64,000 bases of DNA from a virus. Lineage: Duplodnaviria; Heunggongvirae; Uroviricota; Caudoviricetes. A program made the position numbers and the translations under genes. Where the stretch lies: the IMG/VR virus record IMGVR_UViG_2541047959_000009. The stretch is one strand, 5' to 3'. Of the stretch, positions 37,822 to 48,893 are shown one piece after another. The stretch's first letter is position 1. The number at the start of each line of letters is the position of its first letter. The notes under the pieces are model-generated. The model did not search any database, was not told the DNA's origin, and worked only from the letters and a program-made list of their open reading frames with translations.

Positions 37822-39317
37822 TATGCGGACTCCTCTGAATACTGAAGACGGAACTGGTTAACCACGGCAAAGACACGCAACTGGTTAACATAGTCAGGCG
37901 GGAACAGCGTGTTCAGGCGGTTCGGATCGCTGGCATCACGCTCCACAACCAGGTACTGCTTAAAAAGTTCGTAGTTTTCCACGATCCCCGCACGCTCAAG
38001 CTGACGGTAGGTTGCCAGCAGTTCCCCTTTGATCACCGCCGGGGTGACAATCGCCTGACCGGGACCAAAGCGGGTACCGTCGCTGGCAAGCTTGTGACGC
38101 CCGTACTTACTGGTAATGACGGATTTCAGTTTGCGCAGTACATACGCACTGGTATGCAGCGTCTCGCTGTCGAGGTAGCTGTTATCCGCAACCCCGTAAG
38201 CGTTTTTCCTGTACGTGGTGACATCACGCTGAATGCGCAGTACCCCGCTTTCGACATACGCCGTTGCCACGCCATGAGACAGCAGGGTCTTTTGTTCGGT
38301 CATCGTGAACCGTTTCCCCTTCGGCGCAGGCAGCATACCCACCAGCTCACCGGTCTGCGTGGGACGTGCCGGATCGTTGCGGATAAACACCGCTGCGCGG
38401 GCGGTACGGCTTGCCGCCAGCTCGTCGGCAGGCGTCTGGGTGTCTTTTTCGTACCCCGCCAGGGTAATGTGCTGCTGGTTAAACTGGTCACCTGCGGTCA
38501 CCAGTTCTGACAGCGTGCCGGTCTTTGCCGTATACACATGACCATACAGCTGACGCGCATAGCTCCAGCGACCGCTGGTATCGTTCATCTCGGTCACCAG
38601 CGTGTTAACGGAGGCCGTGTCGTTGAACGGCAGGCCGATATAATCAAACGGCTCATCCGCCATTGCAGCCACAGCGCCGGTGAGAACCGGAGCACCCGTT
38701 CCGGCGGTACCCGTCACCACGGCAATCTGTACGCCCGCTGGCAGCACTTCGCCCCCACCAAAGCCGTAGTAATTGAGGCTGACAGGAATTTCATTCCCGC
38801 AAAGCCCCTTATGACGCGCGGTCAGTGTGACCACGCCTGCCGAAGATGAAGCCGTAAACGGCAGGGTCGGAACGGCATTGATGGCATCCTGGATACTGCT
38901 GGCAATCATCGTAACGTTATCGCCGTTAGTCACCGGTACCTGCACGCGGGTACGTCCCACATACACATTCACCGTGCCGGTTTCGGTTGCCGCCCCGGTC
39001 ACCGTCAGCGTAACCGTTGCCGCCGCGCCTGTGGATTCAGGAACGGCAATCACATACAGCTCGCCAAACGGGTCAGTCTGGCGATAAGCCTCGACCATAC
39101 GCGCCAGCTGACTTCCCGCACCACAAATCTGGCGTGCATAGTCTGCCGACGGCATCAGTACCAGACTGTTGGCAACAATCTCTGCACCGTTATTGGCATG
39201 ACCAATCAGCAGCGATGCTCCGCTGTCCTGTGCAGTATTCGCAGCCTGGTTATCCATTTCCGCATAAAACAGCGGAACCAGCGTATTCGACGGAATGGTG
39301 TTAAAGCTTATCGTCAT
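37821..39317 (-). CDS. Contractile tail sheath protein
   Basis: 498-aa ORF; Mu-like order. Confidence 0.85.
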   Translation of the reverse strand: MTISFNTIPSNTLVPLFYAEMDNQAANTAQDSGASLLIGHANNGAEIVANSLVLMPSADYARQICGAGSQLARMVEAYRQTDPFGELYVIAVPESTGAAATVTLTVTGAATETGTVNVYVGRTRVQVPVTNGDNVTMIASSIQDAINAVPTLPFTASSSAGVVTLTARHKGLCGNEIPVSLNYYGFGGGEVLPAGVQIAVVTGTAGTGAPVLTGAVAAMADEPFDYIGLPFNDTASVNTLVTEMNDTSGRWSYARQLYGHVYTAKTGTLSELVTAGDQFNQQHITLAGYEKDTQTPADELAASRTARAAVFIRNDPARPTQTGELVGMLPAPKGKRFTMTEQKTLLSHGVATAYVESGVLRIQRDVTTYRKNAYGVADNSYLDSETLHTSAYVLRKLKSVITSKYGRHKLASDGTRFGPGQAIVTPAVIKGELLATYRQLERAGIVENYELFKQYLVVERDASDPNRLNTLFPPDYVNQLRVFAVVNQFRLQYSEESA

Positions 39318-39471
39318 CGGTGTTCACCTTTTTATTCACGCGCCGGATATCACCCGCTGCTTCACGGCGCAGCCAGTAGTTGTTCTCATCAACATTTCGC
39401 CCTTCGGCGGGCAAAAGGTCGCCGCGGGCAGGGTCAGGCACTGACCGCCCTTTAACAGGTTTCACAAACAT
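39301..39471 (-). CDS. Small 56-aa protein upstream of sheath (below ORF-track cutoff)
   Basis: ATG at 39471 with GAGGA RBS; stop overlaps sheath start. Confidence 0.35.
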   Translation of the reverse strand: MFVKPVKGRSVPDPARGDLLPAEGRNVDENNYWLRREAAGDIRRVNKKVNTDDDKL

Positions 39472-39479
39472 GATGATCC

Positions 39480-40040
39480 TCAGGAAGGAAGGGGTATTTC
39501 GGTGTGATGTTCGATATCGCCGTCAGACCCGTTACCGGGATCGAGATAATCAACATCAATCGCCAGCGTTCGCAGTTCATCCAGACTGTTCAGGTCATCC
39601 TGCTGGCGGGTATCGTCTTCGGTCAGCTCTCTGATGACCGAAAAATCGAACTGATAAATCAGCTCATGACGATTCAGATCCAGCAGCGTGCCGCCGTCAT
39701 AGGTAATCGGGTTACCGCACGCTTCCGGGTTCCAGCCCAGCAGGGCCTTAAAGAGCATCTGCCGGACATCGTCCACCACATCATACGAGGCAAACTGACC
39801 GCGCTCATCACGTCCGTTACTCAGTATGACAACCACGGAGAAGCCCTCTTTCAGCTCCTGCCAGTAGTCGGTCTGGCTTTTGTTTTCTCCCGGAGAGTCA
39901 TCACCCGGTACCACATATGCCGCCGGGAGTCTCAGCTTTCCGACCTCCGGCAGATTTTTGAACTGTGCCGCGCCTGCCACCCGGTTTTCAAAATACGGGC
40001 AGCGGGCACGCAGCGCAGCAATAACAGGCGTCAGTTTCAT
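39480..40040 (-). CDS. Virion protein (Mu gp37-like)
   Basis: 186-aa ORF in head-tail joining region. Confidence 0.5.
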   Translation of the reverse strand: MKLTPVIAALRARCPYFENRVAGAAQFKNLPEVGKLRLPAAYVVPGDDSPGENKSQTDYWQELKEGFSVVVILSNGRDERGQFASYDVVDDVRQMLFKALLGWNPEACGNPITYDGGTLLDLNRHELIYQFDFSVIRELTEDDTRQQDDLNSLDELRTLAIDVDYLDPGNGSDGDIEHHTEIPLPS

Positions 40041-40543
40041 CTGCGTCGTCGCTCCGGCTTCAGTGATTTACGTAATTCCCGCGCCAGAAAATAGCGTGTC
40101 CAGCTGCGGTTCTTTTCAAGCGTTTCCACCATAAAGTTATTACGTGGAGCCAGTCGCCAGCCGCTGCCACCGGATGCACCACGATGATGGCTGCGACGAC
40201 GCTTTGCCCCTCGCCTCACGCCATAGAACAAAAAAGCCGGATAAAAATCACCGGTGATACGGCGGTTTCCCTCTCCATTACGCTGGTTAGGGGCTATACG
40301 TGCCATAAAACCAGGGCGATGTTTACTGGCTCTGGGTACCATGTAACCAATCGAACGAGCCAGGCGTCCGGTCTGATAACCGGGGTTTTCACCCGGTGCC
40401 GACCGCGCACGGCGCATCACCAGCCGACGGGCATCACGCATATGACGCTGACCAATCGTGACAAACGCCCGCCGGACACGGGCGCGGTTAAAGCGCATCT
40501 CCGCGGGCTGCTGAAAATCAACGTGCAAAAAGGAAGTCGTCAT
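40037..40543 (-). CDS. Virion morphogenesis / tail component protein
   Basis: 168-aa basic ORF; synteny. Confidence 0.45.
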   Translation of the reverse strand: MTTSFLHVDFQQPAEMRFNRARVRRAFVTIGQRHMRDARRLVMRRARSAPGENPGYQTGRLARSIGYMVPRASKHRPGFMARIAPNQRNGEGNRRITGDFYPAFLFYGVRRGAKRRRSHHRGASGGSGWRLAPRNNFMVETLEKNRSWTRYFLARELRKSLKPERRRR

Positions 40544-40928
40544 TGTTGCCTCCGTGACTCTGCCTACATTCGCCCAGCTCCGTACACTCCAGCAGCAGAA
40601 AGCGCCGCGCCCCGTTCAGATCGCGCTGACGTTTCACCCGGTACACACTGTCACCGCAGACCACCTCATAATCAGCGGTAATCCCCCGGCGGTAACGAAT
40701 GGTGATGTAATGGGTGATGGCGTCCCCGGTCTGCGCGGTTTCCTGCCAGGTGGTGGCACTGGTCTGGATAACCTTCGCCCATGTCCGGAACGTAATCAGG
40801 TATTGAGGCTCCACGCCAAAGTTATCCGCGGGCATATCCACCCGCAGGCGGATCAGGACGCGTTTATTCAGTTCACCGGGGTCCGGCAGAATGTAGGTTG
40901 CGCTGGTCTGCGCCTGACGAATTTTCAT
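40518..40928 (-). CDS. Head closure / head-tail adaptor protein
   Basis: 136-aa ORF; synteny. Confidence 0.5.
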   Translation of the reverse strand: MKIRQAQTSATYILPDPGELNKRVLIRLRVDMPADNFGVEPQYLITFRTWAKVIQTSATTWQETAQTGDAITHYITIRYRRGITADYEVVCGDSVYRVKRQRDLNGARRFLLLECTELGECRQSHGGNNDDFLFAR

Positions 40929-41248
40929 TGCGGAAAGTACCTGTACGGGCCGACAAGCCAGCCAAAACTCTGCGGCATGTCGAGTTTCTCCACTTCCGTA
41001 ACCGACGAGCGGTTTTCGTAAAAATGGCTGATAAGCATCAGCATCCCCAGACGAATATCATCCGGCAGGTGCAGCCCGTCCGGATCGCTGTCCGGAATGG
41101 TTTCATCCGGTGCATAGAGCTTCCGGTTCAGATACGTTTCCGTCCGCTTTTGTGCCGCACAGGCCAGCAGTTGCAGATGGCGGTCATCAGCATCGAAATC
41201 CTCATCCAGCCGGAGTTGGGCTTTAATCTCTTCCATTGTCAGAAGCAT
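40925..41248 (-). CDS. gp6-like head-tail connector protein
   Basis: 107-aa ORF after capsid module. Confidence 0.55.
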   Translation of the reverse strand: MLLTMEEIKAQLRLDEDFDADDRHLQLLACAAQKRTETYLNRKLYAPDETIPDSDPDGLHLPDDIRLGMLMLISHFYENRSSVTEVEKLDMPQSFGWLVGPYRYFPQ

Positions 41249-41250
41249 AC

Positions 41251-41451
41251 TCAGCCCTCTTTACTGGTCGTGGCTTTTTTCTCTTTTGCCGCTTTACTGC
41301 TTTTTGCACTGATTCCGCGCTCTGCTAACCCGGCCTGAAGTGCAATCTCCTGCACCCGGGCAGGAAGCGCCCCATCGTCATACTCACCGGCCCGAATGAC
41401 CTCAACACGCATACCGTCCGGTGACCATTTCAGATCTTGTTTCAGGATCAT
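41251..41451 (-). CDS. Small head-associated protein
   Basis: 66-aa ORF after the major capsid gene. Confidence 0.4.
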   Translation of the reverse strand: MILKQDLKWSPDGMRVEVIRAGEYDDGALPARVQEIALQAGLAERGISAKSSKAAKEKKATTSKEG

Positions 41452-41500
41452 GATTCTTCACCCGTCAGAACAGGGGGCGCGGTTCCGCGCCCCTGAGTGA

Positions 41501-42706
41501 TTACGCCGCTGCAATCTTCAGCAGTTTGATGGCCTGCGAATCGACCAGCATCCCGCCGGTGCGCTTGGTGGTATAAAAACCGACAAACGGTTTATTGGTG
41601 TACGGGTCACGCAGAATGCGGGTGCCGATACGGTCAACGATGGTGTAACCCCGTTTGAAGTTACCAAATGCAATGGCTTTCGCATCAGCGGCGATATCCG
41701 GCATCTGTTCGTTTTCAGCGATACCGTAACCCGCCAGAGAGGACGGCTGCCCCAGTTCCAGCCCCGGACGCCACAGATAGTTACCCTCGCTGTCTTTAAG
41801 CAGACGGATGGCAAACAGGCTGTTGTTGTTCATCATGAACTTCGCGCCAGTGCGGTGTGCCTTACGCAGCGTGTAAATCAGTTTGATAATGGCGTCTGCG
41901 GTCACCGCCGTCGCTTCGCCGGATACAATATGCTGAAGTTTGCCGAACGCCCGGACCTTATCGGTTTCATCAGTGGATTCATACGCCAGGAACCCTTTCG
42001 GCTTCTTGGTACCATCGCCGGTGGTAAAGGCAATTTCTTCCTGTTCGGCAAATTCGGTTGCCAGCTCGCTGTTGATCCATGCTTCCACGTTGAAAAAGGC
42101 ATCATCCAGCATTTTCTGGGTGGCCTGCGGGTTACCGTAGATTTCCCCCATGAAAGGTTCAATCAGGCCCAGTTTTGAGGTGGCAGTCTGGGAGCGCGCG
42201 TCAGTCTCGCCAACCCATCCGGAAGCCGTGCCGCCCAGATTCACCAGTTTTTTGTAGTCGGAACCACCAACGGTGATCACCGTGGCTTCCTGGCGCATCA
42301 CCACTTCATCTTTCAGCAGGGTGAGAATGTTGCGATCCAGTGCTTCCGGCACGGCATAGCCGCCGTCTTCATCGGTGCCCACCTGCAATGCCTTGCGCTC
42401 CAGATCGCGCAGACCATCTTCACGGCCTTTACGCAGGAAGCCCACAAACGCTTCTTTATGCTCGGTGGCCAGTTTATTTTGCGCACCACCTGCCGGACGT
42501 TTCAGCTCAAGCAGCTCTTTTTCAAGATCGCTTTTGAGGTTTTCCAGCTCGCTGAGTTTCCCGTTCAGGGTTTCCACCTGCCCGGCAAGTTTGCCTTTTT
42601 CCTGCTCAATCGCATCCACGCGCTTGTCGTTCTTTGCTTTGAAGTCGTCAAACTTCTGCTGCAGCTCCTGCGCGACCTGTTCGACATCTTTAATATCAAC
42701 CGCCAT
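41501..42706 (-). CDS. Major capsid protein (HK97 fold)
   Basis: 401-aa ORF with N-terminal coiled-coil delta domain. Confidence 0.9.
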   Translation of the reverse strand: MAVDIKDVEQVAQELQQKFDDFKAKNDKRVDAIEQEKGKLAGQVETLNGKLSELENLKSDLEKELLELKRPAGGAQNKLATEHKEAFVGFLRKGREDGLRDLERKALQVGTDEDGGYAVPEALDRNILTLLKDEVVMRQEATVITVGGSDYKKLVNLGGTASGWVGETDARSQTATSKLGLIEPFMGEIYGNPQATQKMLDDAFFNVEAWINSELATEFAEQEEIAFTTGDGTKKPKGFLAYESTDETDKVRAFGKLQHIVSGEATAVTADAIIKLIYTLRKAHRTGAKFMMNNNSLFAIRLLKDSEGNYLWRPGLELGQPSSLAGYGIAENEQMPDIAADAKAIAFGNFKRGYTIVDRIGTRILRDPYTNKPFVGFYTTKRTGGMLVDSQAIKLLKIAAA

Positions 42707-42720
42707 CGTATTTCTCCTGA

Positions 42721-43407
42721 TTAGAAGTTCAGATTTTTCAGTGCATTCAGTGCAGAGCCCACATCCTCAGCGTCGCGCAGGGACAGTGCGCCATAGCCCC
42801 CGGCCATGAATGCTTTGGCCTGGGTACGGGAGAGTCCGACATCACGCAGGACTCTTTCGATTTTTTTCTGTTCGGGGATTTCCCCGCGGGCCAGTGCGTT
42901 CTTGACGTCGCTGATCCGCGCCTCGTCGTTAGACGGGAACGTCACCAGGCTGACTTCCCAGAGGTCGATTTCTTTCAGCAGAAAGGCTTCTTTGCTCCGG
43001 TCGTATTCCCAGTCTTTCAGGACGTACCCAATAGAAAGGCCGGTTAACGAACCGGCCTTCATGTGTGCATGTGCGCGTTTTGCGAGGGGATCATCATCAA
43101 TAAGCAACCGTCCCCTGACGTAAAGCCCGACATCGTCTTCCTTCATTTCGGTGTAAACACCGATGGGTTCATCCATGCGGTGCTGCCAGAGCAGCGCAGG
43201 TAACGCTTTTCTGTCACTCCACGCCCGCAGGGAAGCAGCAAATGCCCCGGACATCACCACATCATCGTGGCTGTCCTTTACACCAAAGACGGAGCCATAC
43301 CCTTCAAACTCACCGGAGTCACTGACAGATTTCAGACTCAGCGGTACATCAAGACGTTGTTTCGTCTGCATTGGCGTTATCCTTCTGCTTACCGGCTTTA
43401 CTGCCAT
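42721..43407 (-). CDS. Prohead protease (HK97 family)
   Basis: 228-aa ORF between portal and capsid. Confidence 0.85.
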   Translation of the reverse strand: MAVKPVSRRITPMQTKQRLDVPLSLKSVSDSGEFEGYGSVFGVKDSHDDVVMSGAFAASLRAWSDRKALPALLWQHRMDEPIGVYTEMKEDDVGLYVRGRLLIDDDPLAKRAHAHMKAGSLTGLSIGYVLKDWEYDRSKEAFLLKEIDLWEVSLVTFPSNDEARISDVKNALARGEIPEQKKIERVLRDVGLSRTQAKAFMAGGYGALSLRDAEDVGSALNALKNLNF

Positions 43408-44590
43408 CGGAGGGTTTCGTGGTCATGTTCATCGGTGTGAGATAGACATCCCCACCGGGACGGGGATTCATATCTTCCAGGTCGCGGCAGTCATTGGGAG
43501 AGTAAATTCCCCAGTTAATCCCGGTGGCGTAGGCTTCAAAACGGGACTTCATATCCCCGCGCAGTAACGCCCCGGCGTTAAATTTGGCGTAATAAACGCC
43601 CTGCTTACTTTTTCGAACCAGTCCGGTGTTGATCCGCTGCTCGATGCGGGTCAGATACGGCACCAGTGAATAGTTGATAAATCCCAGCCCCAGCTCTTCA
43701 ATATTGTTGAAGGTGGCGCGATCGGTGTTCTGCACCATGTGCAACGGCACCCGGAACAGACGACAGATTTCTTCAAGCTGAAACTTGCGGGTTTCCAGGA
43801 ACTGGCTGTCCTCGGCGTTCAGCGCCATCGACTTCCAGTCCAGCCCCATCTCAAGGATCATCGGGCGGTGAGCATTACCAAGCCCGGTGTGACGCTCCTC
43901 AAAATCTTTCTTCAGGCGCTCGTAAGCCTGATCTGACAGCGTCTGCTCTGTACGCAACACACCCGACGTCACCGCACCATTGCTGAACAGTCTGGCCCCG
44001 TGCTCTTCGGTCGCAGCTGCCAGCGATATTGCCTCGCGGGCATAGGCGATGGGATTCAGCCCCACCAGACCGTCCAGCGTCAGCGTGCGCACATGCCAGA
44101 TATCTTCCTGGCTCAGCACATCCGTGGAGCCGTCCGAGAATGTGACCTGATAGACCGGCTCCCAGCTACTGTTAAGCTTCGGTACCACACAGCCAGGATC
44201 GACGGGCAGCAGTTCAGCCACTTCGCCAAATGCTTTCACTTTGTAGGCGTAAAAGTTTCCCCGCAGGCACAGACAGGTGACCACCAGCTCCCAGAACTCC
44301 TGCGGCGTCATATAGCCATTGGGATGCGTGGAGATCAGCTTATGCAGACGTTCGCCGGTGGCCCTCTGTTTCAGGCTGCCGTTCAGGTGATACAGATTGC
44401 AGGGCAACATCCCGACCGACTCTGCCAGCACCCTGACGCAGGAAAAAACCGCCGTCAGTCGCATGGCCCGCTGGCTGCTGATCTGCTTTCCGGTATAGGT
44501 GTCGTATGACAGCCCGATAGCCTCCGCCAGCTCTGCTGGCGTGGTCACCGGCGCGTCACTTTTTCGTTGAAATAATCCCGAAAAGAACAC
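43349..44590 (-). CDS. Portal protein (HK97 family)
   Basis: 413-aa ORF after terminase large subunit. Confidence 0.85.
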   Translation of the reverse strand: MFFSGLFQRKSDAPVTTPAELAEAIGLSYDTYTGKQISSQRAMRLTAVFSCVRVLAESVGMLPCNLYHLNGSLKQRATGERLHKLISTHPNGYMTPQEFWELVVTCLCLRGNFYAYKVKAFGEVAELLPVDPGCVVPKLNSSWEPVYQVTFSDGSTDVLSQEDIWHVRTLTLDGLVGLNPIAYAREAISLAAATEEHGARLFSNGAVTSGVLRTEQTLSDQAYERLKKDFEERHTGLGNAHRPMILEMGLDWKSMALNAEDSQFLETRKFQLEEICRLFRVPLHMVQNTDRATFNNIEELGLGFINYSLVPYLTRIEQRINTGLVRKSKQGVYYAKFNAGALLRGDMKSRFEAYATGINWGIYSPNDCRDLEDMNPRPGGDVYLTPMNMTTKPSDGSKAGKQKDNANADETTS

Positions 44591-44772
44591 TATTTACCTC
44601 CGCCGACAGACAGCTGTGTACGATCGAGATATCGCGCCACCAGCCACGACCAGAACAGGCACAGCGCCCCGGCAACAACAAAACCCGCCGGGGGATAAAT
44701 CAGCCAGGCACCATATGCCAGCAAAAGCGCACCCAGCACGCCCACCAGAGGCGCGAGAATCAGCATGATCAT
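44590..44772 (-). CDS. Small membrane protein
   Basis: 60-aa hydrophobic ORF between terminase and portal. Confidence 0.4.
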   Translation of the reverse strand: MIMLILAPLVGVLGALLLAYGAWLIYPPAGFVVAGALCLFWSWLVARYLDRTQLSVGGGK

Positions 44773-44783
44773 AATTACCTCAG

Positions 44784-46517
44784 TTAAAGCGAGCGGATCC
44801 CGTAGGACTCAATGTGGTCAGACAGCGTGTCTTCTTTCTCGTACAACATGGCTCTGCCAACCGCCATAATCAGCGCAACTGCACCATCGATTTTGTTTTC
44901 CGCCTGCTCTTTGACGGGTTTCACCACATCATCGTTACCCGGAATGGTTTTGCCGACCACGTTGCCGATACACCAGGTCATGATGGGATTGCCATCATGA
45001 TGAAAGCGCCCCGATTCAATTGCCGCTTCCAGCTCTTTCATCGGGTCGGACATGTTGGTGTAGTTCTGAATGATAGTGATGGGGTTCAGGTCTTCATCAG
45101 CAAGGTCATGTGACAACCCGGTCGCCCCGAAGGGGTCGATGGGTGACTCACTGACCGGGCTGATTTTGTTCGCCGCTTTGGCCTCCTCGAGGATGTAGCG
45201 ATAATCCACCTCCGCACCATCGGTAACGGTCAGAACGCCCATTTCCACCCATTTCTGAAAGCGTTCGGCTGTCCGTCGATCTTCATTTTTCTCGACGCTG
45301 TACACCGTGTCATACGGTACCCAGAAACGCGGGGCCACACTGTAGTAATGCGTTTTACCGTCAATCTCGCGGGTATAAAGTCGCGCCATGCTGTTCATAT
45401 CCAGCTTACGCGCCAGGTCAAAGGCCAGAATGCACGGCTGCCCCTCGAACTGCTCAAGGGTCAGTGATTTATCCTCGCAGCTCTGCCAGCTCACCAGGTT
45501 GAAATACGCCGAACGCGCCGACACCCAGATATTGAGGTGTTTTGTTTTAAAGACGTTTGCCAGACGGGCGTTATTTTTCGCACGCTGCTGCTGACTTAAC
45601 AAAAATTCGCGATAAACCGACACGCCAATATTTGGATTGGCTTTTTCCAGCACCTGCGGGTCGGTCCAGTCGTCACCTTCATCAACGGTATAGATGATCC
45701 CGAACAGTTCATCGTTAGGCACCGAGCCATTGAGCATCTCGATGACTTCCCGCCGCTTGTCGTAGCACGGCCCCTCAATGTTGTACCCGGCGGTGGTGAT
45801 AGCCCACATCAGTGGCTGACGTCGCGCCCCCATCCCGGTAAGCATCGTGGTGTAAAGCGCATCGGTGGCGTGCTCGTGATATTCATCCACCACCGCACAG
45901 TGGGGTGATGAACCATCACCGGGGTTACCGATCAGCGGTTCAAACCGCGCGCCATCCTCCGGACGGTTCATGTTTGAGGCGTTAACCTCAATCCCGAACG
46001 CTTCCGTCAGCATGGGTGTGCGTTTACACATCAGTCGAGCCGGGCGAAAGACTTCCCACGCCTGTTTCTCTGTCGTGGCACCGGAATACACTTCCGCGCC
46101 AAACTCGTTATCACAGGCAAAACAATACAGGGCAACACCGGCAGAGATTGCCGATTTGCCGTTCTTACGGGGGATTTCGGTATACACCTCCCGGAAGCGG
46201 CGCAGCCGGGAGCCTTTATTGACCCAGCCAAACGCGCAGCAGATCACAAAGAGCTGCCACGGCTCCAGCGTGATGGGCATCCTCTTAAATGCCCACTCAC
46301 CCTTGGTGTGCGGCAACAGCTGAATAAATTTGGCGGCCCGTTCAGCCAGGTCCTTGTCGAAGCGGTAACGAAACGACTTACTTTTTTCCGCCATCAGGTC
46401 ATCAAGATGGCGCTGGCAGGCCTGAATCACAAACTGGCAGGCCACAATCTTTCCGCGCACGACATCCCGGGCATACTGATTGGCAGCATTTACGTTGGGG
46501 TAAGATTTCCGGCTCAT
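44784..46517 (-). CDS. Terminase large subunit
   Basis: 577-aa ORF; position after small subunit. Confidence 0.9.
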   Translation of the reverse strand: MSRKSYPNVNAANQYARDVVRGKIVACQFVIQACQRHLDDLMAEKSKSFRYRFDKDLAERAAKFIQLLPHTKGEWAFKRMPITLEPWQLFVICCAFGWVNKGSRLRRFREVYTEIPRKNGKSAISAGVALYCFACDNEFGAEVYSGATTEKQAWEVFRPARLMCKRTPMLTEAFGIEVNASNMNRPEDGARFEPLIGNPGDGSSPHCAVVDEYHEHATDALYTTMLTGMGARRQPLMWAITTAGYNIEGPCYDKRREVIEMLNGSVPNDELFGIIYTVDEGDDWTDPQVLEKANPNIGVSVYREFLLSQQQRAKNNARLANVFKTKHLNIWVSARSAYFNLVSWQSCEDKSLTLEQFEGQPCILAFDLARKLDMNSMARLYTREIDGKTHYYSVAPRFWVPYDTVYSVEKNEDRRTAERFQKWVEMGVLTVTDGAEVDYRYILEEAKAANKISPVSESPIDPFGATGLSHDLADEDLNPITIIQNYTNMSDPMKELEAAIESGRFHHDGNPIMTWCIGNVVGKTIPGNDDVVKPVKEQAENKIDGAVALIMAVGRAMLYEKEDTLSDHIESYGIRSL

Positions 46518-47017
46518 GATTCGATGATTTTCAGAAACGGGTTAGTGGCTTTCTTCTGCCCCGCCAGGCCAATCAGACGCTGACGGCTGCTGGGGTCGAG
46601 TCCGAGCATTGCCCCCGTGCTGCTCATCTCGGACTCCTGTTCTTTTTTGGCTGTCAGCTCCGGATTTTTGACCCTGCCGCCCATTGCGCCGGTGATGGTA
46701 TTGCCCTGTATGGCAATATTTTTCACAGCACGTCGCCAGAACTCATAGGCCACGCACCACCGCTCAAGCACCGCGAGGTCAGTCACGCACAGCAGGCCCT
46801 GACCGCAGAGTTCTTTGGTTGTCAGTTGCCACATGATCGTGGCGAGAGGGAGATCTTCTTCAGCGAACCACTCCGGTGGCTCAACACCTTTGATGGGCGT
46901 AAAAACAGGTTCATCTTTGTTCAGGGCTCGCTTGCCGGGGTTTCCGGCCAGCGCCTTGCGCGCCGTTGGCTTGGGGCGACGCCCGGAACGCCCCGCCGTT
47001 CCAGCCATATGCGGCAC
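46514..47017 (-). CDS. Terminase small subunit (P27-like)
   Basis: 167-aa ORF overlapping terminase large start. Confidence 0.8.
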   Translation of the reverse strand: MPHMAGTAGRSGRRPKPTARKALAGNPGKRALNKDEPVFTPIKGVEPPEWFAEEDLPLATIMWQLTTKELCGQGLLCVTDLAVLERWCVAYEFWRRAVKNIAIQGNTITGAMGGRVKNPELTAKKEQESEMSSTGAMLGLDPSSRQRLIGLAGQKKATNPFLKIIES

Positions 47018-47133
47018 TCCTGGTTAAATTTCATTTTTCGCGGGTATAAAAAAACGATGGGGCGGGCAGTCCGGAAGACGTCAGGTCACAGGGATTTGAC
47101 CCGCCCCTCCCCTCAGAAAGTTGAGAATTATTA

Positions 47134-47484
47134 TCACTTCAGTCGTTCACGGGCCGTCTTCGCCTTATGACACGGCCAGCACAGGCTCTGCAGATTGCAG
47201 TCTGCATCAGTGCCGCCATGCGCTTTAGGGATGATGTGGTCAACGGTTTTCGCCTCACGCACCACACCGACATGCAGGCACAACTGACACAGGCCTTTGT
47301 CACGCTTCAGCACGCGCGCGCGGATAACATCCCACTTCGAACCGTAGCCGCGCTGGTGACGGGATTGTCCTGGCTTGTATTGTTTCCAGCCTTCGCTTTT
47401 GTGGCTTTCACAATAGCCTGACGGATCAGTGGTGGTTTGGCGGCAGCCGCGAACGCGGCAGGCTTTTGGGGTTCGTGGGGGCAT
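47134..47484 (-). CDS. HNH endonuclease (terminase-associated)
   Basis: 116-aa ORF with cysteine pairs and DHIIP...H...CH motif; precedes terminase as in HK97-like phages. Confidence 0.85.
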   Translation of the reverse strand: MPPRTPKACRVRGCRQTTTDPSGYCESHKSEGWKQYKPGQSRHQRGYGSKWDVIRARVLKRDKGLCQLCLHVGVVREAKTVDHIIPKAHGGTDADCNLQSLCWPCHKAKTARERLK

Positions 47485-47586
47485 TTAAAGTGGGATCTAA
47501 CTCTAATAATTTAAAAAATTTAATTGGGTCTTGATATTAATCACATAGACTCAATGCTCTTTAGTTCTTACATAGGTGGTTGTATT

Positions 47587-48027
47587 ATGAGTATCCCCAG
47601 TTTAGATGTTCATAAAGTTGTTAAGTGCGCAGAGCATAAAAAGGCTTTAGATGCAATATCTCTCAAACTTAAGAATAACATTATTGACTCAAGCTCTGAA
47701 TACGATTTTCTTGGCGACACAATAATTTTCAATAAAGATAAAAAAAATAGGTTAACCCTCAAACTTTCAACATATGAACTAGAACTTATTTTCAAAGAAA
47801 CACTGCTAGTCATTGATGAAGCTCCTGTATTGAAGTTTGCTGCCATTGACCCAACCGATGAAAATAACAACGAGCTGATTGATTTATTTTTATCCAAAGG
47901 TGGATTTATTTATATTAGAGAATACAAATCCGAGCCACATTATGAGTATGGCGACACTTCTCTATTTTTACATATACTTGACGCTACTCTTAAAGAGCTT
48001 AAATCTGCAAACAAAATATCCTATTAA
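47587..48027 (+). CDS. Hypothetical AT-rich moron protein (146 aa)
   Basis: Plus-strand ORF opposite to the late operon; AGGTGG RBS before ATG 47587. Confidence 0.45.
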   Translation: MSIPSLDVHKVVKCAEHKKALDAISLKLKNNIIDSSSEYDFLGDTIIFNKDKKNRLTLKLSTYELELIFKETLLVIDEAPVLKFAAIDPTDENNNELIDLFLSKGGFIYIREYKSEPHYEYGDTSLFLHILDATLKELKSANKISY

Positions 48028-48133
48028 ATAAATTTTTGCTAACATAGCCCCGCGCCATGACAAGATTTTCTGTTCTAGATGCAAGGGCTATGTGTGAATA
48101 TCTATAAACAAAAACCCCATCCGGTGATTTTTG

Positions 48134-48385
48134 TCATTTTTTAGCCATCTCAATTGCGGCATCAAAAAGTCGTTCAAGAATAAAATCAGGGTACTGTAAT
48201 TTTTCTTGCTCGATATGAAGCTCATAAATTTTCCCTTCCCACTCCCATTTAAAATTAAATCCAGAAGCAGAAGGTGCGAAATGTGTTTTAGCTTTAGGGT
48301 TAGCGTAACCAGCAACAGTCAACACATCAAACTTAAAATCTTGAGGTTTAATACGCATAATCATATCCTTTGCCAAGTTCATCAT
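48134..48385 (-). CDS. Hypothetical AT-rich small protein (83 aa)
   Basis: Convergent with 47587-48027; start uncertain. Confidence 0.4.
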   Translation of the reverse strand: MMNLAKDMIMRIKPQDFKFDVLTVAGYANPKAKTHFAPSASGFNFKWEWEGKIYELHIEQEKLQYPDFILERLFDAAIEMAKK

Positions 48386-48455
48386 TATTCTTCTCGATTA
48401 TAAAACAATGAATAAAATCATTAAAGCATAGACGTTAAATATCCTCAAAATGTGA

Positions 48456-48893
48456 TTAGTTGGGACATTGCGTCCTGATATACTCCTGCAAGTAATTGAC
48501 CTGTGAGGTTATCTTGTCGATTCCACTTCGGAGACGGTAATAATGGAGTTCAGCATCTGCTGTAAGTCTAGGGCTTTCTCCATCGCCCATGCCGCTGGCT
48601 CCGGTCGTTGACTTTGTACAGGTGGCGGCGACTTGCAGGCGCTTATGCCCAGCAGAAACATCAGCACGAAGACTTTCGATAGTCGCATTAGCATCAGCAA
48701 GCTCCTTTGTATATCTGGCATCGAGTTCAGCTACATTACGTTGACGCTTCTGCATATCAGCGATGATGGATGTGGCTTTATCGCGCTGTACTTTGTAGAC
48801 GATGGCGTCATCACGGTAATTATCAACAGCCCATGACAAGCAGACGATGATGCAGATAACCAGAGCGGATATAATCACCGTTACTCTGCTCAT
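48456..48893 (-). CDS. Rz-like i-spanin
   Basis: 145-aa ORF, N-terminal TM, after endolysin. Confidence 0.7.
   Translation of the reverse strand: MSRVTVIISALVICIIVCLSWAVDNYRDDAIVYKVQRDKATSIIADMQKRQRNVAELDARYTKELADANATIESLRADVSAGHKRLQVAATCTKSTTGASGMGDGESPRLTADAELHYYRLRSGIDKITSQVNYLQEYIRTQCPN
48509..48721 (-). CDS. Rz1-like o-spanin lipoprotein embedded in Rz
   Basis: Embedded alternate-frame ORF with lipobox LLGISAC and proline-rich region. Confidence 0.5.
   Translation of the reverse strand: MPDIQRSLLMLMRLSKVFVLMFLLGISACKSPPPVQSQRPEPAAWAMEKALDLQQMLNSIITVSEVESTR

Noticed and set aside
39504-40094. 196-aa plus-strand ORF
   Set aside because: Antisense to the co-directional head-tail gene block; Arg-rich shadow ORF.
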